Shown: in pieces, positions 35,760 to 48,000 of the stretch | Layout of the letters: the number at the start of each line of letters is the position of its first letter | Numbering within the stretch: the stretch's first letter is position 1 | Assembly (NCBI GenBank): GCA_010909165.1 | Contig: VJWM01000019.1 | Span: forward strand, 806,001 to 870,000 | From: Anthoceros angustus | Lineage: Eukaryota; Plantae; Anthocerotophyta | Length of the DNA: 64,000 nt | Reading direction: 5' to 3' | The notes under the pieces: model-generated | The model's database searches: none | The model's input: the letters and a program-made list of their open reading frames with translations, nothing else | What the model was told of the DNA's origin: nothing | Made by a program: the position numbers and the translations under genes

Positions 35760-38700
35760 TTAGCACATGTCATTACTCTTCGCTGAATCGAGACCCTCGT
35801 CCCGTCCACAGGCCTCATCTCCATCTTCATCACTCTCCATTGCCTCATCCAAGTGTTTGGTTGAATGTGAGGACGAGCGCACTCAACTTTTCCTTTATAG
35901 CTTTCTTATCCACAGATGATGTTTCTGAAGTGAGTGAAACCCGTAGTATATAATAATGGTTTTCAGACAAAACCTTTTGGATGTTGGGGCCCTTTGCACT
36001 TTCCCCGACCTTTTTTGGCGGTGGTCCATTGTCTTTTCACCTTTGAAAAATTCTCCAACATACTTGCCCTCATAAGCATCCGTGGTGCTCGATTCGCCAC
36101 CGGCACAAGCAAATGCTGGCCCCAAGGTGCACACTTACAACCTTCGCTACCTGTAACGCCCTATTGTGTGTGTGTGTCACAATAAACATTCCTTTCAGAT
36201 CTCCATAATATCGCCATCCATCCTTCTTGCCACCTCTTCTTGGCGTTCAATAGTTTGGTAGGCCCCTAGATACATGTCCTGTGGTATGTCACGCAAAGAG
36301 CCTCGCCGGTCTGACTTCTTCGGTATGTGCAAAGGGGGACTCGGGCTTGGCAGCCCTATCGTACCATCTCCGTGGGTTTTGCGTAAGCCCAATGTTATGA
36401 TCCACAATATTTGCGATTTCGTGTTGATCATTCCAATCCATCCACCATTCTTCCTCCACGGTCAAATATGTTGGCGCTTCACCGTCCTTTTTCAAGTGAT
36501 CCACGCCTTCACGTGCGGTCAAACCACCATCACTAGCTTTCTTGTCCTTCGCCCGCAATGCCATCAAAGGAGCGGGCCCGATGACGTGTCCGGAACAAAA
36601 GTCAAGAACTCGAGCCCATCTTGATTCCCACAAGGGAAGTGGAGTATTGCCACGCGAATAACGGTAACCTTTCCCGCCCAACTTTGTCCTCGCGGGTGAT
36701 TTTGAACGGTGCTGAAATGAAAGGTTGTTCAACTTCCAACGAAGAAGATACTTCCTACCGCTCACTAACTGTAATGGCCATACGTATGTCCAAGTCACCA
36801 CCAACACTTTCACCTCTGGATTCGCGTGAACGAGGACTTCAATATGTCCTCCATAGTTGGCAATGTCCCGGCCTCCTTATGTTTTAAATGCTTAGAAAAC
36901 ATGAAAACATTTGATCCACTTGGTCGCGTATGCCCCACGAGGAGGAATCCAACCTTCACCTTCTCGAACGTCCCGAGTTCAACGAGCATGTTCAAGTACG
37001 CAAATAGAAGCTGGTTCTTGTTCTCTCGGCATGTATTGTCCAAATTGGTATAAGACTTTGGGAAGTATCCTTCATACGTGTGTATAACGCCCCGGATAAT
37101 AGTTATTGTTAAATTTGCATCATTCGAGATTGGCATAATGCAACGCCCGAACGTAATTATGTATCATGCATCCAACAACATGCACCGTGATCCGACTATC
37201 CTCCTTCAAGTCCTTTGGCCACCGCAAAATATGCGGCAGAAGTTTTTGGTCCATGCCGTCGATAGATAACAACATATATTTTCCTTGTACGACTTCGACC
37301 GATGCTTAACTTCTTCCGTTCCTCCATCAATCGATCCGATGCTTGTTGAGTGCCTCTTGATACATAGTATGTCATGGAACACCATTGTCGACTTGTGGGC
37401 ACCGAAATTCAATATCTTTGCATACACAGAGCTATTTGGGACCGGAGTGTCGTGCATTGAAACGAGATCGAAACTAGGACATACGATATTGCCGCCTATT
37501 ATTCCACAGTCAAATGCATAGTGAGCTTTGCATAACCGACACCTGCAGAAGTTAATGTTACGGCAAGAACCCAACCCATGCATTCCTCGACCACGAGCCG
37601 CCAACATGCCCCTTCCATCGGAGTGAACCTTATAAGTAGCTTGGAGGGCGCGGCATGCACACCTGGCAAAGAGCGCAAGCTTCCTCATGATACACAACAA
37701 AGCACCCGTAGTTCACCGCGCTTTAGGGCCTTGGGCGTCGTTCTATCGCACTCCACATTTGGGGCGCGGCATGCGCCCGGTGGAGTGCATGGCGCCATGG
37801 CCGCCTCTCCGACACAACGAGGGCGCGGCTGCCGGCCTCATTCGCCATTCCGGCCATATCTCAGCCCTCCACGGCACAAAACGGCGCGGGCGCGACATCC
37901 CTTGTCACTTGGAGGGCCGCCATGGCCGCCTCTCCGACACAGGGCGCTCACCGCGCCTCATTCGCCATTCCAAGGCCATCCCGAGCCCTCCACGGCACAA
38001 AACGGCGCGCACGGCGACATCCCTTTGTCACTTGGAGGGCGCCGCCATGCAGTACCCTTCACCACAGACAATATGGTGCCGCCATGCGGCTCCTTTTTCT
38101 CTGGCGGTGGAGGGCTCCGATCACGCATAAAGCAACGTGTCGGCGACCCTCGAGACATCACCGCCGCCGGCGATGCAGTGGCCGACATCCGCTAACTCCT
38201 CCATTACTCCACATGCTTTTATGCCATGCATACAGACTGACCACAATAGGGGAGGAGGCCTACCTTGGTCAACTCCGATTGTCTGTATGTTGAACTTCAG
38301 CCCAGCATATGGAACAAGTCGAGAATCTTTGACTTGGGTATCTTCACCCGCTTGAAATTCCCACACCGCAAGAAATATGCATACGACACAAAGCGTTCAC
38401 CTTTGACTCCATTCCACTCAGATTGTATCCAAACCTCATGCTTCGTGAAAGTGTCGTAGATTGTATACCTCCACATTCGGCGCCGGCCAAGTGAAGGAAA
38501 GTCGCATCCATCCGTGCAATTGCAGCCAAAGCATGGGAGGATTGTACACGAGGGCTGGCCTTATTAGCCCCCATGGTGCGTTGAATAACCTCCGCTTCAA
38601 CTCCTCGTACCTTGCGGACCCTATGCGATACACGTCGGAAGGCTTTCAAACAACATTGCATAGAATCGACCCATGAGGTGAGTGAAAACCACTCCCTTGT

Positions 38701-39477
38701 TGTGGCTCGCAAATCGGCCGCTGCGATGCAAATGTCTCTTGCTCGGGTCCGCCCATTCTCGAAACTGTCTGCTGCTCATGAAAAGCTTCTTTGTGAACTT
38801 GCGGATGCACAATTTGTTGCAACAAGGCTTTGAAATCCTCTCCCATGGAATCGCCTTCACTTTTCCTCAAAGACAGCCGCCTCGCACACACGGAAGCCCA
38901 CATCGCTGCTGAAAGGTATCGGCCAAAGGCTTGGATGGAAAGTGACGGCAGATCGGCCTCCAAACTTCTCAATGGTGGGGGTGTCTGAAGACATTGTCCT
39001 CATCTGCATTGGGCGTCCCGCATCTTGATCTTTGGAAATAGTAGTGAACAATCCCTCGGTCATACACTCCACCCATGCACACCTTTCCTCCTTCCAGACG
39101 GGCTTCTATCTATGGCGAGTAGAGGTTCGAGTTCACAGAAGTCGGGGAACATAGCTGGGCATACGAGACTGTGAGTGAGTTCTTCTCCACCCTGGACCTG
39201 CAACACGCACATCCTGGGATCAGAGCCACTAACACAAACCTATGCCAATGAGTATGACGGGGGCGAAGACGACAGCTCCGACGACTCAGCTATCGGCCAA
39301 AGAATACATACTTTGTGGCAGGGAGAGTGGCAAGGACTTTGCATTTGCCTGGCGAGACGGAGGGGGCCACCGCTTGCCTTCACTCTTACGGGATCGTACT
39401 CTTTGAACTGAAACATCTTGATTTTGCCCGAAATCTCCGCTTCTTGACCCTGCACATCTACATTTTGTCAATGACAT
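35760..39477 (-). pseudogene. DDD/E-type DNA transposase (copy 1), frameshifted
   Basis: KPCCNKLCIRKF (N-terminal Cys motif), LSIDGMDQK (37263-37246), LDNTCRENKNQ (approx 37043-37011) and KVGFLLVGHT..DQMFS. The superfamily (Sola/DUF7869-like) is tentative; no TIRs identified. Confidence 0.75.
37600..38200. repeat. GC-rich internal repeats inside the transposase gene
   Basis: CATGGCCGCCTCTCCGACAC and CGACATCCC(T)TTGTCACTTGGAGGGC occur twice; a single version is at approx 55280-55740. Confidence 0.7.
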
Positions 39478-39479
39478 AG

Positions 39480-40400
39480 CAATCGTTGGTATCGGTCAAG
39501 GAATGAAAGGGCACATAACACGGAAACCCACATCGCGCGTCTTGAGTGTGAACTGGAGCATTGTGTTGGACTCGTAGCTCGAAGGTTACGACGGCTATGA
39601 CAAGTGTGATAAAAGGTGGTGGTGTGTGGTACATGACTTGACCGCAGAGGAGGTGGGAAGCCGTGGAGAGACAAATCACTTGATTGCCAAATCCTAAATA
39701 GATTTCAAGTAATGGAGGGGGCCCGGTGCTATTATGCTACTATGCCGCCACCACATATGCCAGCTACCATAGAGTTAAAATGAATGGCGGTAGCCATCAA
39801 TAGCGGCTGGAAAAAAGGGTATCCGAACGTTATGAAAACGCTTTACTTACCCAATTGCATATTGGGCTTGCCCGCATGCGCGTAGATATAAACAAACACG
39901 TAGTTCACCACACTACCTTGCAAACCGATGTGCAATCGACAATGCGAAGGACATCGCGAACGCGGTGTGTGGAACTGTATGTTGGGTATGGGTTAAAAGA
40001 ACATCGAAACGCACAGACCACATATTCCAGTCCTTGTTCCTCCATACATAGCTGATAAGGACAATAACTCGGACCTCGTTACAGCGCGTTTGTTACGGAC
40101 TGGCGCGAAATTAGGGTTTGCTGCCAGCTCCTTAGAAACCCGAACCAGAATTGAAGTCCTTCTTCTACACAGTCCGAGCTGCAAACAGCGGGCGTAACGC
40201 GAGCTCTTCCAACGCGGAGCGTCTGCGATTCAAGCGAGGCCGCGTGGTTTTCCCAACAATTTGCCGTCAGCGACCCTCGCCAGCCAGCTCTCCATCCTTT
40301 CCAGAGGACGCACAGGTGAGAAATTCCTTGTCCGAAATAGAATTGGTGCTTGCCTAATCCGGATTGAGCGTGTTTGATGCCTATGCTGGGTGCTACAGAC
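39480..40400. promoter_or_regulatory. Putative bidirectional promoter between transposase and ParB-MTase genes (E2F site plus telobox, site II, 5'UTR intron); repeated at approx 40750-41620 and approx 56990-57820
   Basis: GCGCGAAA (TTTCGCGC on minus) at 40103-40110 abuts TTAGGGTTT at 40111-40119; TGGGCT at 39863. CAG/GTGAGA donor at 40316, CTAAT branch at approx 40354, TGCTACAG acceptor at 40398, then ACG-ATG. Confidence 0.5.
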
Positions 40401-41624
40401 GATGGCGAGTAGAGGTTCGAGTTCCGAAGTCGGGGAACATAGCTGGGCATACGAGGCGTGAGTGAGTTCTTCTCCACCTGGACTGCAACACGCACATCCC
40501 GGGATCGAGCCACTAACACAAACCTATGCCAATGAGTATGACGGGCGAAGACGAGACTCCGACGACTCAGCTATCGGCCAAAGAATACATACTTTGTGGG
40601 AGAGTGGCAAGGACTTTGCATTTGCTGGCGAGACGGAGGGGGCCACCGCTTGCCTTTCACTCTGTTTACGGGGATCAGGTACTCTTTGGAACTGTGAAAC
40701 ATCTTGATTTTGCCCGAAATCTTCGTCCGCTTCTTGACCCGACATCTACATTTTGTCAATGACATAGCAATCGTTGGTATCGGTCAAGGAATGAAAGGGC
40801 ACATAACACGAAACCCACATCGCCTGCGTCGGAGTGTGTGAACTGGAGCATTGTGTTGGACTCGTAGCTCAAGGTTACGACTGCGACAAGTGTGATAAAA
40901 GGTGGTGGTGTGTGGTACATGACTTGACCGCAGAGGAGGGGCCGTGGAGAGACAAATCACTTGATTGCCAAATCCTAAATAGATTTCAAGTAATGGAGGG
41001 CGGTGCTATTATGCTACTATCTGCTACCGCATATGCCGCTACCATAGAGTTAAAATGAATGGCCGGTAGCCATCAATAGCGGCCTGGAAAAAAGGGTATC
41101 CGAACGTTATGAAAACGCTTACTTACCCAATTGCATATTGGGCTTGCCCGCATGTATAAACAAACACGTAGTTACACACTACCTTGCAAATGATGTGCAA
41201 TCGACAATGCGAAGGACATCGCGAACGCGGTGTGTGGAACGTATGTTGGGTATGGGTTAAAAGAACATCGAACGCAGCACACATATTCGATCCTTGTTCC
41301 TCCATACATAGTCGATAAGGACAATAACTCGGACCTCGTTATAGCGTTGTTACGGATGGCGCGAAATTAGGGTTTCTGACTCCTTAGAAACCCGAACTAA
41401 GTCCTTCTTCTACGTCCGAGCCGCAGCGGCGTAACGCGAGCTCTTCCAACGCGGGCGTCTGCGATTCAAGCGAGGCCGCGTGGTTTTCCCAACAATTTGC
41501 CGACCGCCACCGACTCTCCATCCTTTCCAGAGGACGACAGTGAGAAATTCCTTGTCCGAAATAGAATTGGTGCTTGCCTAATCCGGATTGAGCGTGTTTG
41601 ATGCCTATCTTTGGTGCTACGACG

Positions 41625-44600
41625 ATGGCGGACGCGCAGAAGAAGGACCTCCCGGCGTGCCCTAACCGGAGACTTGTTGGAGAAGCCATGGAGGCGTAAG
41701 AAATCTAAAAGCAAGAAGGAGGCGAAATCGAGAACCACGGATCCTCCACGCGACATACCGATCTGGATATGCTTTCCAACCGCTTGAGCAAGGTGGAGGT
41801 GGAACGGAAGGGGCATAAAGTCCGGGTCACTCAATTCAAGGCAAGCACCACAAAGACGTTGGTGGTGGAGAGAAGTCCGGCTTGTCCAAAGGATTGAGGG
41901 TGGGAAATCCAGATCAATTCCTCCATACTGTATGAGGAGATCAGCTGGAGGCACATGAACCAGCTTGAGGACACTATGCTTCGCGAGAATGGTTGTTGAC
42001 ACAAACAGAGGAGCCGGATGAAGAAACATGCTATGGACGTGGCGTCAAGCTTTGGGTTTTGGGTTCAACGGTGCACCGCAAACCAGAGAGCAAGGGTGAT
42101 GGGTCCGTGGGCAACTTTGGATGGAGGCGCGAGACCCAATCATGATTCTGCACTTCAAGGCCTTATGAAGTGGACGCATTGCCGCATCGTCGATGATTAC
42201 ACTGTATCTCATGAAGTGGCATGTTTGCACAGGAAGAAATGTGAGCCAAAGGAGTTGTCCAGCACTTTTCGAGCAGCGTTCAGAGCTGAGAATGTGAGTA
42301 CACTTCTTAATTCCAGTGCATTCGCCATCATCGTTGATTGCATTGTTGCAGCCTAACGGTGTGCTTGCTGCCTGTGACGGACAGAGTGAGAGAACATTTT
42401 ACAGGTGCTTGTGTGAGGTGATTACGAGCTCCATTATCCGTCATCGCCGAGAGATGTCACTGAGGAGGACAAGACAGGGACTTTCAAAAATCGCACTGGA
42501 AGTAGAAGACAATGAGGCAGAGTTCGGACCTTCTGATGAGGAGGATGGGCCTATTCCAGAGTTGCTGGGTCATTCAGATGCGGAGGCATTTGAAGAGGAT
42601 GATGGGGAGGCCGAGGTGATGGAGGGAGGTTTGCAGCGCCACGGATTCCTTCCAAGGTCGTCGCCATCCAAGCACCATGGGAGGAGTCCACGTGCACATG
42701 GAAGAGGGGAGGCCGGGGGACGCAGATGCCGCGCCCGACTATGGTGAGGAGGAGGGGGGCGCAGATGCGGGCAGCACGTGATGGAGGAGCAGGGCGCCGC
42801 ATGCCGGCACTCAAGACGGAAGAGGCGCGCATGCCGCGCCCGACTATGGTGAGGAGCCGCGCGGGGCGCCGGCATGCCGGCGCCTCCCGAGAGGGGAGGA
42901 TGAAGGGCCGGCATGCCACGCCCTCTTGCATGTAGAGGAGGAGGGCGCCGCATGCCGCCGCCGCCACGGCGAGTGGAGGAGGTAGGCGCCGCATGCCGCG
43001 CCAGAAAACCTGTGGCTTGCTGACTAAGGCGCTGGGGCCATGAGAAGCGGAAAAGCATGCATGATGAGGAAGGTGGTGGGCACAGCAGGTCCCGGAGTGC
43101 GGAACGTTCGATAGGAACGAGCAGGAAAAAAGTTCGAAGCGTCCCAAGGGAAACTGACAACAATGAGATTCCAACATTGCATGTCTCAACAGATGGAGAA
43201 AGACTCGAAGCGTCTATGATGCATGAGGATTATTTGCAGAAAGTCAGGGAGTCTGCATATGCGAAGAAGGTGGTGCCGTAAAGCGATCAGAAGTCGAGAA
43301 TTTGAGGGCGCTTCGCTTTCTAACTCGTATGAGGAGAGGCTGCTGGAGGCACATGAACCAGAGGACACTATGCTTCGCGAGAATGGTTGTTGACACAAAG
43401 CGGAGGAGGATGAAGGCTGCTATGGGTCAAGCTTTGGGTTTTGGGTTCAACGGTGCACCGCAAACCAGAGAGCAAGGCGGGATGGGTCCTGTGGGCAACT
43501 TTGGATGGAGGGCAGCGAGACCCAGGCTGGATTCTTTGCACTTCAAGGCCTTATGAAGTGGACGCATTGCCGCATCGTCGGATGATTACACTGTGTCTGT
43601 TGAAAGTGGCATGTTTGCAGGAAGAAATGTGAGCCAAAGGAGTTGTCCAGCACTTTTCGAGCGTTGAGCTGAGAATGTGAGTACACTTCTTAATTCCGAG
43701 CATTCGCCACCGCGTTGATTGCATTGATGCGACAGCAATTAACTTCTTTTGATGGACAGTGAGAGAACATTTTACAGTGCTTGTGTGAGGTGATTACGAG
43801 CTCCATTATCCGTCATCGCCGAGAGATGTCACTGAGGAGGACAAGACAGGGACTTCCAAACTTCGCACTGGAAGTAGAAGACAATGAGGCAGAGTTCGGA
43901 CCTTCTGATGAGGAGGATGGGCCTATTCCAGAGTTGCTGGGTCATTCAGATGCGGAGGCATTTGAAGAGGATGATGGGGAGGCTGAGGGTGATGGAGGGA
44001 GGTTTGCTGCTGACGGATTCCTTCCAAGGTCGTCGCCATCCAAGCACCATGGGAGGAGTCCACATGCTACATGGAAGAGGGGAGGCCGGGGGGCGCATGC
44101 CGGCGCCCTCGATGGTGAGGAGGAAGAGGGGCGGCATGCGGAGCTGATGATGCGGAGGGGGGCGGCATGCGGCCCCTCTAAGGCGGAAGAGGCGCCGGCA
44201 TGCCGGCGCCTCCCGAGAGGGGAGGCGCCGGCATGCCGGCGCCTCCCGAGAGGATGAAGGCGCCGGCATGCCGCCCTCTTGCATGTAGAGGAGGAGGGGC
44301 GCGGCATGCCGCGCCCGACTATGGTGAGGAGGAGGTAGGCGCGTGCTGCAGCGCCAGGCCTGGGGCTTGCTTGGAGGAAGGCGTCGGGGATGAGAAGCGG
44401 AAAAGCATGCATGATGAGGAAGGTGGTGGGCAGCAGTCCCGGAGTGCGGAACGCGTTCGATAGGAGCAGCGGAAAAGTTCAAGCGTCCAAGGAACGACAA
44501 TGAGATTCCAACATTGCATGTCTCAACAGATGGAGAAAGACCGAAGCGTCTATGATGCATGAGGATTATTTGCGAAAGTCGTGAGTGCATATGCGAAGAA

Positions 44601-45065
44601 GGTGGTGCAAGCGATTCAGAAGGCGAGAATTTGAGGGCGCCGTTTCTAACTCCGGATGCTCGGGTTCGTCAAGTGGATGAGGCTTGGGCGAACTACCGCT
44701 CGGCCATCTCAAAGGGTCGTATTGAAGAAGGTGTGCCTTTGCTTTGTATGATTGACCCATCCGATCATAGGATATCAAAACATTAGACCGGAAAAGTTCC
44801 GCAAAGAAGTATATTATGGGGTACTGGAGGCAATCATACTTACGCCGCCATGGCAAATTTGCGGATATATCACCAGGGAAGGCAAGGTTCCAATGGATGG
44901 AGGCCCATGTCTATTGCGGCTAACTCTACGGGGAGATGCGAGTCGCAACCCACTACAACACAATGTCGGACAAGAGGAAAAAGATGAACTTTATCGAGCG
45001 GTCGAGCACTCGTGATGAACTTTGATTGCAAAGCGGGATGGTGTGACAATGAGCATGAACTGGAA
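41625..45065 (+). pseudogene. ParB-like/methyltransferase gene, copy 1, truncated by the duplication junction before the MTase domain
   Basis: ATG GCG GAC GCG CAG AAG AAG at 41625 after a spliced leader; GGNHTYAAM at 44826-44852 and EMRVATHYNTMSDKRKKMNFIER. Internal duplication approx 43320-44640. Confidence 0.55.
42700..43010. repeat. GC-rich minisatellite-like block (also approx 44080-44350 and approx 58890-59120)
   Basis: Repeated GCATGCCG(C)GCCC and GACTATGGTGAGGAG units. Confidence 0.7.
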
Positions 45066-48000
45066 TTTCTCATAAACTTAAGATCTGTGATGCAGGAAGT
45101 AGAGGTGGCAAAAATGGCTCCATTCGTCTAAAAATAATAGGAAATAGAGTGCCCCACCAAAAGACGCTATTGACATTGGGCCACATTATGTGTACATACC
45201 ACATCCAACAATCCGAGTGCCTTGGTTGGTTCAGGTCACTATAAGGCTTGGGCCATCTTCCCAATCGACAATCCTCGCAGAGCAGTAATCAATTTTAAAA
45301 TGATAGGATCCTTGTACAATTCGCTTATCATAATCCGTATATAGCTTGTGCTTGATGGCGAGACGTGCTGCAGAAAAGTCCGATCGACATCACTTTTTGC
45401 ATCGCTGAGAGGCCGTATGCATAATTAGTCAAACGTCAATTGATATAAGTCATTGTGTTACTCCTTCACCAAGGATAACCGAATGGTTGTTAATGGAAGT
45501 TACTATACACTGGGAGTAAAACATACCGCAGATCGTGGTCCATAACCAGCTTTCTCAACAATAACTTTTTCTTCATGCTTGGCACATGCAGTTACCAAGT
45601 AATGTGATATGTTTCCTCCTTTCATGGGAAAAACAACGCCACCATAGCCGCAATGGCCAATCCACTATCGTCCCAAGGAACACAAACCGACTAGTTGGTG
45701 CTAATTCATAAGTGGAGAATTTATCTCGGATACACAAATGTGATGTGTCGCCTTGAGTCCAAAAACCACATGTTAGTGTCGACTTGAGTGAGGGAAAGAC
45801 ATACCGCAAGAATGGTTGGCGGTTTGTGTCTTTGTTGTGTAGCAATAATCCGTCCTTTTGTCACCACATGTGTTTCTACTGGTGGTGCCTCTCTCGGTGG
45901 CTCTCAGCCCGCTTCTACGCACTCATTCTCAAAATGTCCGTGTACGACACCAATGACAGTGCCCTTCTTATTCGCCCGGTGCAAAGGAGGTTGATGCATG
46001 ATAGGGGCGTCCCTTCCCGCCCCTCTCCCACGCCCACACCGGGTATAGAGAACATGAGAAGTATGCACGACCACGTCTGTAGCAACTCACTGGATTCCTC
46101 CTCCAAAGAAAGCACCAACAACTTGAGAAAAGGTAACATAAGCACTTGCTTGGTTTGCAAAATTGTTTTGAGTGGTAACAAATGCTGTAGCTATGTGGCG
46201 TAGATGTAAGAAGAACTGTGATGGCCTTCGTCGTGACAAGACATCACCGATGCAAGCTTAGCACGAAGAGCTCGAAACTTGTGTAGGTGATTTTCAACAC
46301 TATCACTCTCCTTCATACTAAGGTCAGAGAGTTGTCAGTCGCGTTGATAAGCGACATTCCGCCTTTTGTGAACATGTCCTTAAACAATCGCTAAATGCTC
46401 GCAGACATGGTCGCCTTGTGTGTTGTATCATGTTTTTGTCGAGAGAGATAATAATGCAAAGATGCTCTCTTATCAAGCTTGATCCAAGCACAATTTCACG
46501 CATTTGTTCCTTTAGGACCGACAACGCTGGATTTGTAGCTTTACCACAACATCAAGGAGATCATATTCTTCAAAGATGGCCTCCATACGAAGCTCCCAAA
46601 TTGGGTAATCATCCCATTAAATCTGTCTTTATCTTTAATATCAATCTTAATTGTATTATTTACACTTGTGTTGGTGGGATTGCTAGTTCCATGAGTGAGG
46701 TTTTGGGAGGAGTGAAAATAGGGCTAAGTGTTATTGGGTACACTGTGTGGAGGTGACCACATACACCGTGTGGATAGGTGCCGTAAAACCCACCGACAAG
46801 ACTAGAGAATGGAGGACTCAGTCCCGACCAAACATCTTTGCTAAAGACCCTAAAATTTGCTTGGTTCAGTACTAGCATCAAACCGAAAGATGGATCACAA
46901 TGAGAAACATCACGGCTGGAGATGCTTGAACCGGATTTAGGGCCCAAAGAGTGAGAGAATTTTGTGAGTTGTTCTATTAGCAAGGTGGCTCGTGACAATT
47001 TTTGTTCAAAACACCTATTTGTTTCTCAGTAATTGTATTTGGTCCTTTTGTAAGTTTGTGTGTGATACGTGCTTGGTCTTTAAGTATTACTCGAAAATTT
47101 TAAGTGCTTAATTGCTATATGGTCCCGAGGATGTGAGATGTTGTGGTGGCAAAGGACTATGGGGAAGGAAAGGCTATTCTACTACATGCCGAGCAGAAAT
47201 ATTACAACGAGAAGGGCTGATGTTGAGAAAGTAGGTCTTGATCTCCACGTAATCTATTTCTATTTCGATTCCCTGCTTCATGGTGTCGATCCACTTATCG
47301 CCCCGCGCCTTTGGTTGCGCCTCCCATCTCCGTGGCCGGTGATTGCTTGAACAGATCAAGATGAAGTCTCTTTTCCTCCTCCTCGCTAGGGAATGTCTGG
47401 GTGGTACCGCCCACATCTGGGCACAATGCGCAACATCCTCCATGCCGCAATTCTCAAGAGAAAAAAGATGTAATTGTGGCCTCCAAGGATCTAATGCGTG
47501 AGATGAGTGTCATCAAGAAACGCCTAGGGTTAGGATTGCTGTCAATAGGAGATGATGAATTCTTCCATGTTGATGGTGCGATCCCATGCCATAGGGAATA
47601 CGAACACGCTCCATTAGGGCTCGATACCATAATGTGTTTACGATCGCTAGCCTGTGCTAGGAGCACCACGAGCAGGAGAGCACACATCTATAGTGCAACA
47701 TAGATTAACATCGCTTAGGGTTCAAAATACATATATCGAAAAGGTGTGAGTGAGTAACCGCTTTTCTAAACCTAATTCCTAATAAGCGTTATATAATTAA
47801 TAGTTATGAGTTAGCCAGAAAACTAAACATTACTCCAACATTCTATATTAGTGAGATTGAAGAGGGATCGTTTCTTCCTTTTGCTAACCAAGAGAACTTT
47901 CCTGGCAAGCAACTTCGTGAGTTCTAGGTTGTATGGAAAGCAATACTATACCCTCCATGATGAGACAGAGGTGATAGAAGCTTTAGTAGGCGCCATAAAA

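Noticed and set aside
42700-44350. CRISPR-like repeat arrays (also 62179-62293 and 32058-32280)
   Set aside because: Units are irregular, there are no unique spacers of constant length, no cas genes, and the context is eukaryotic.
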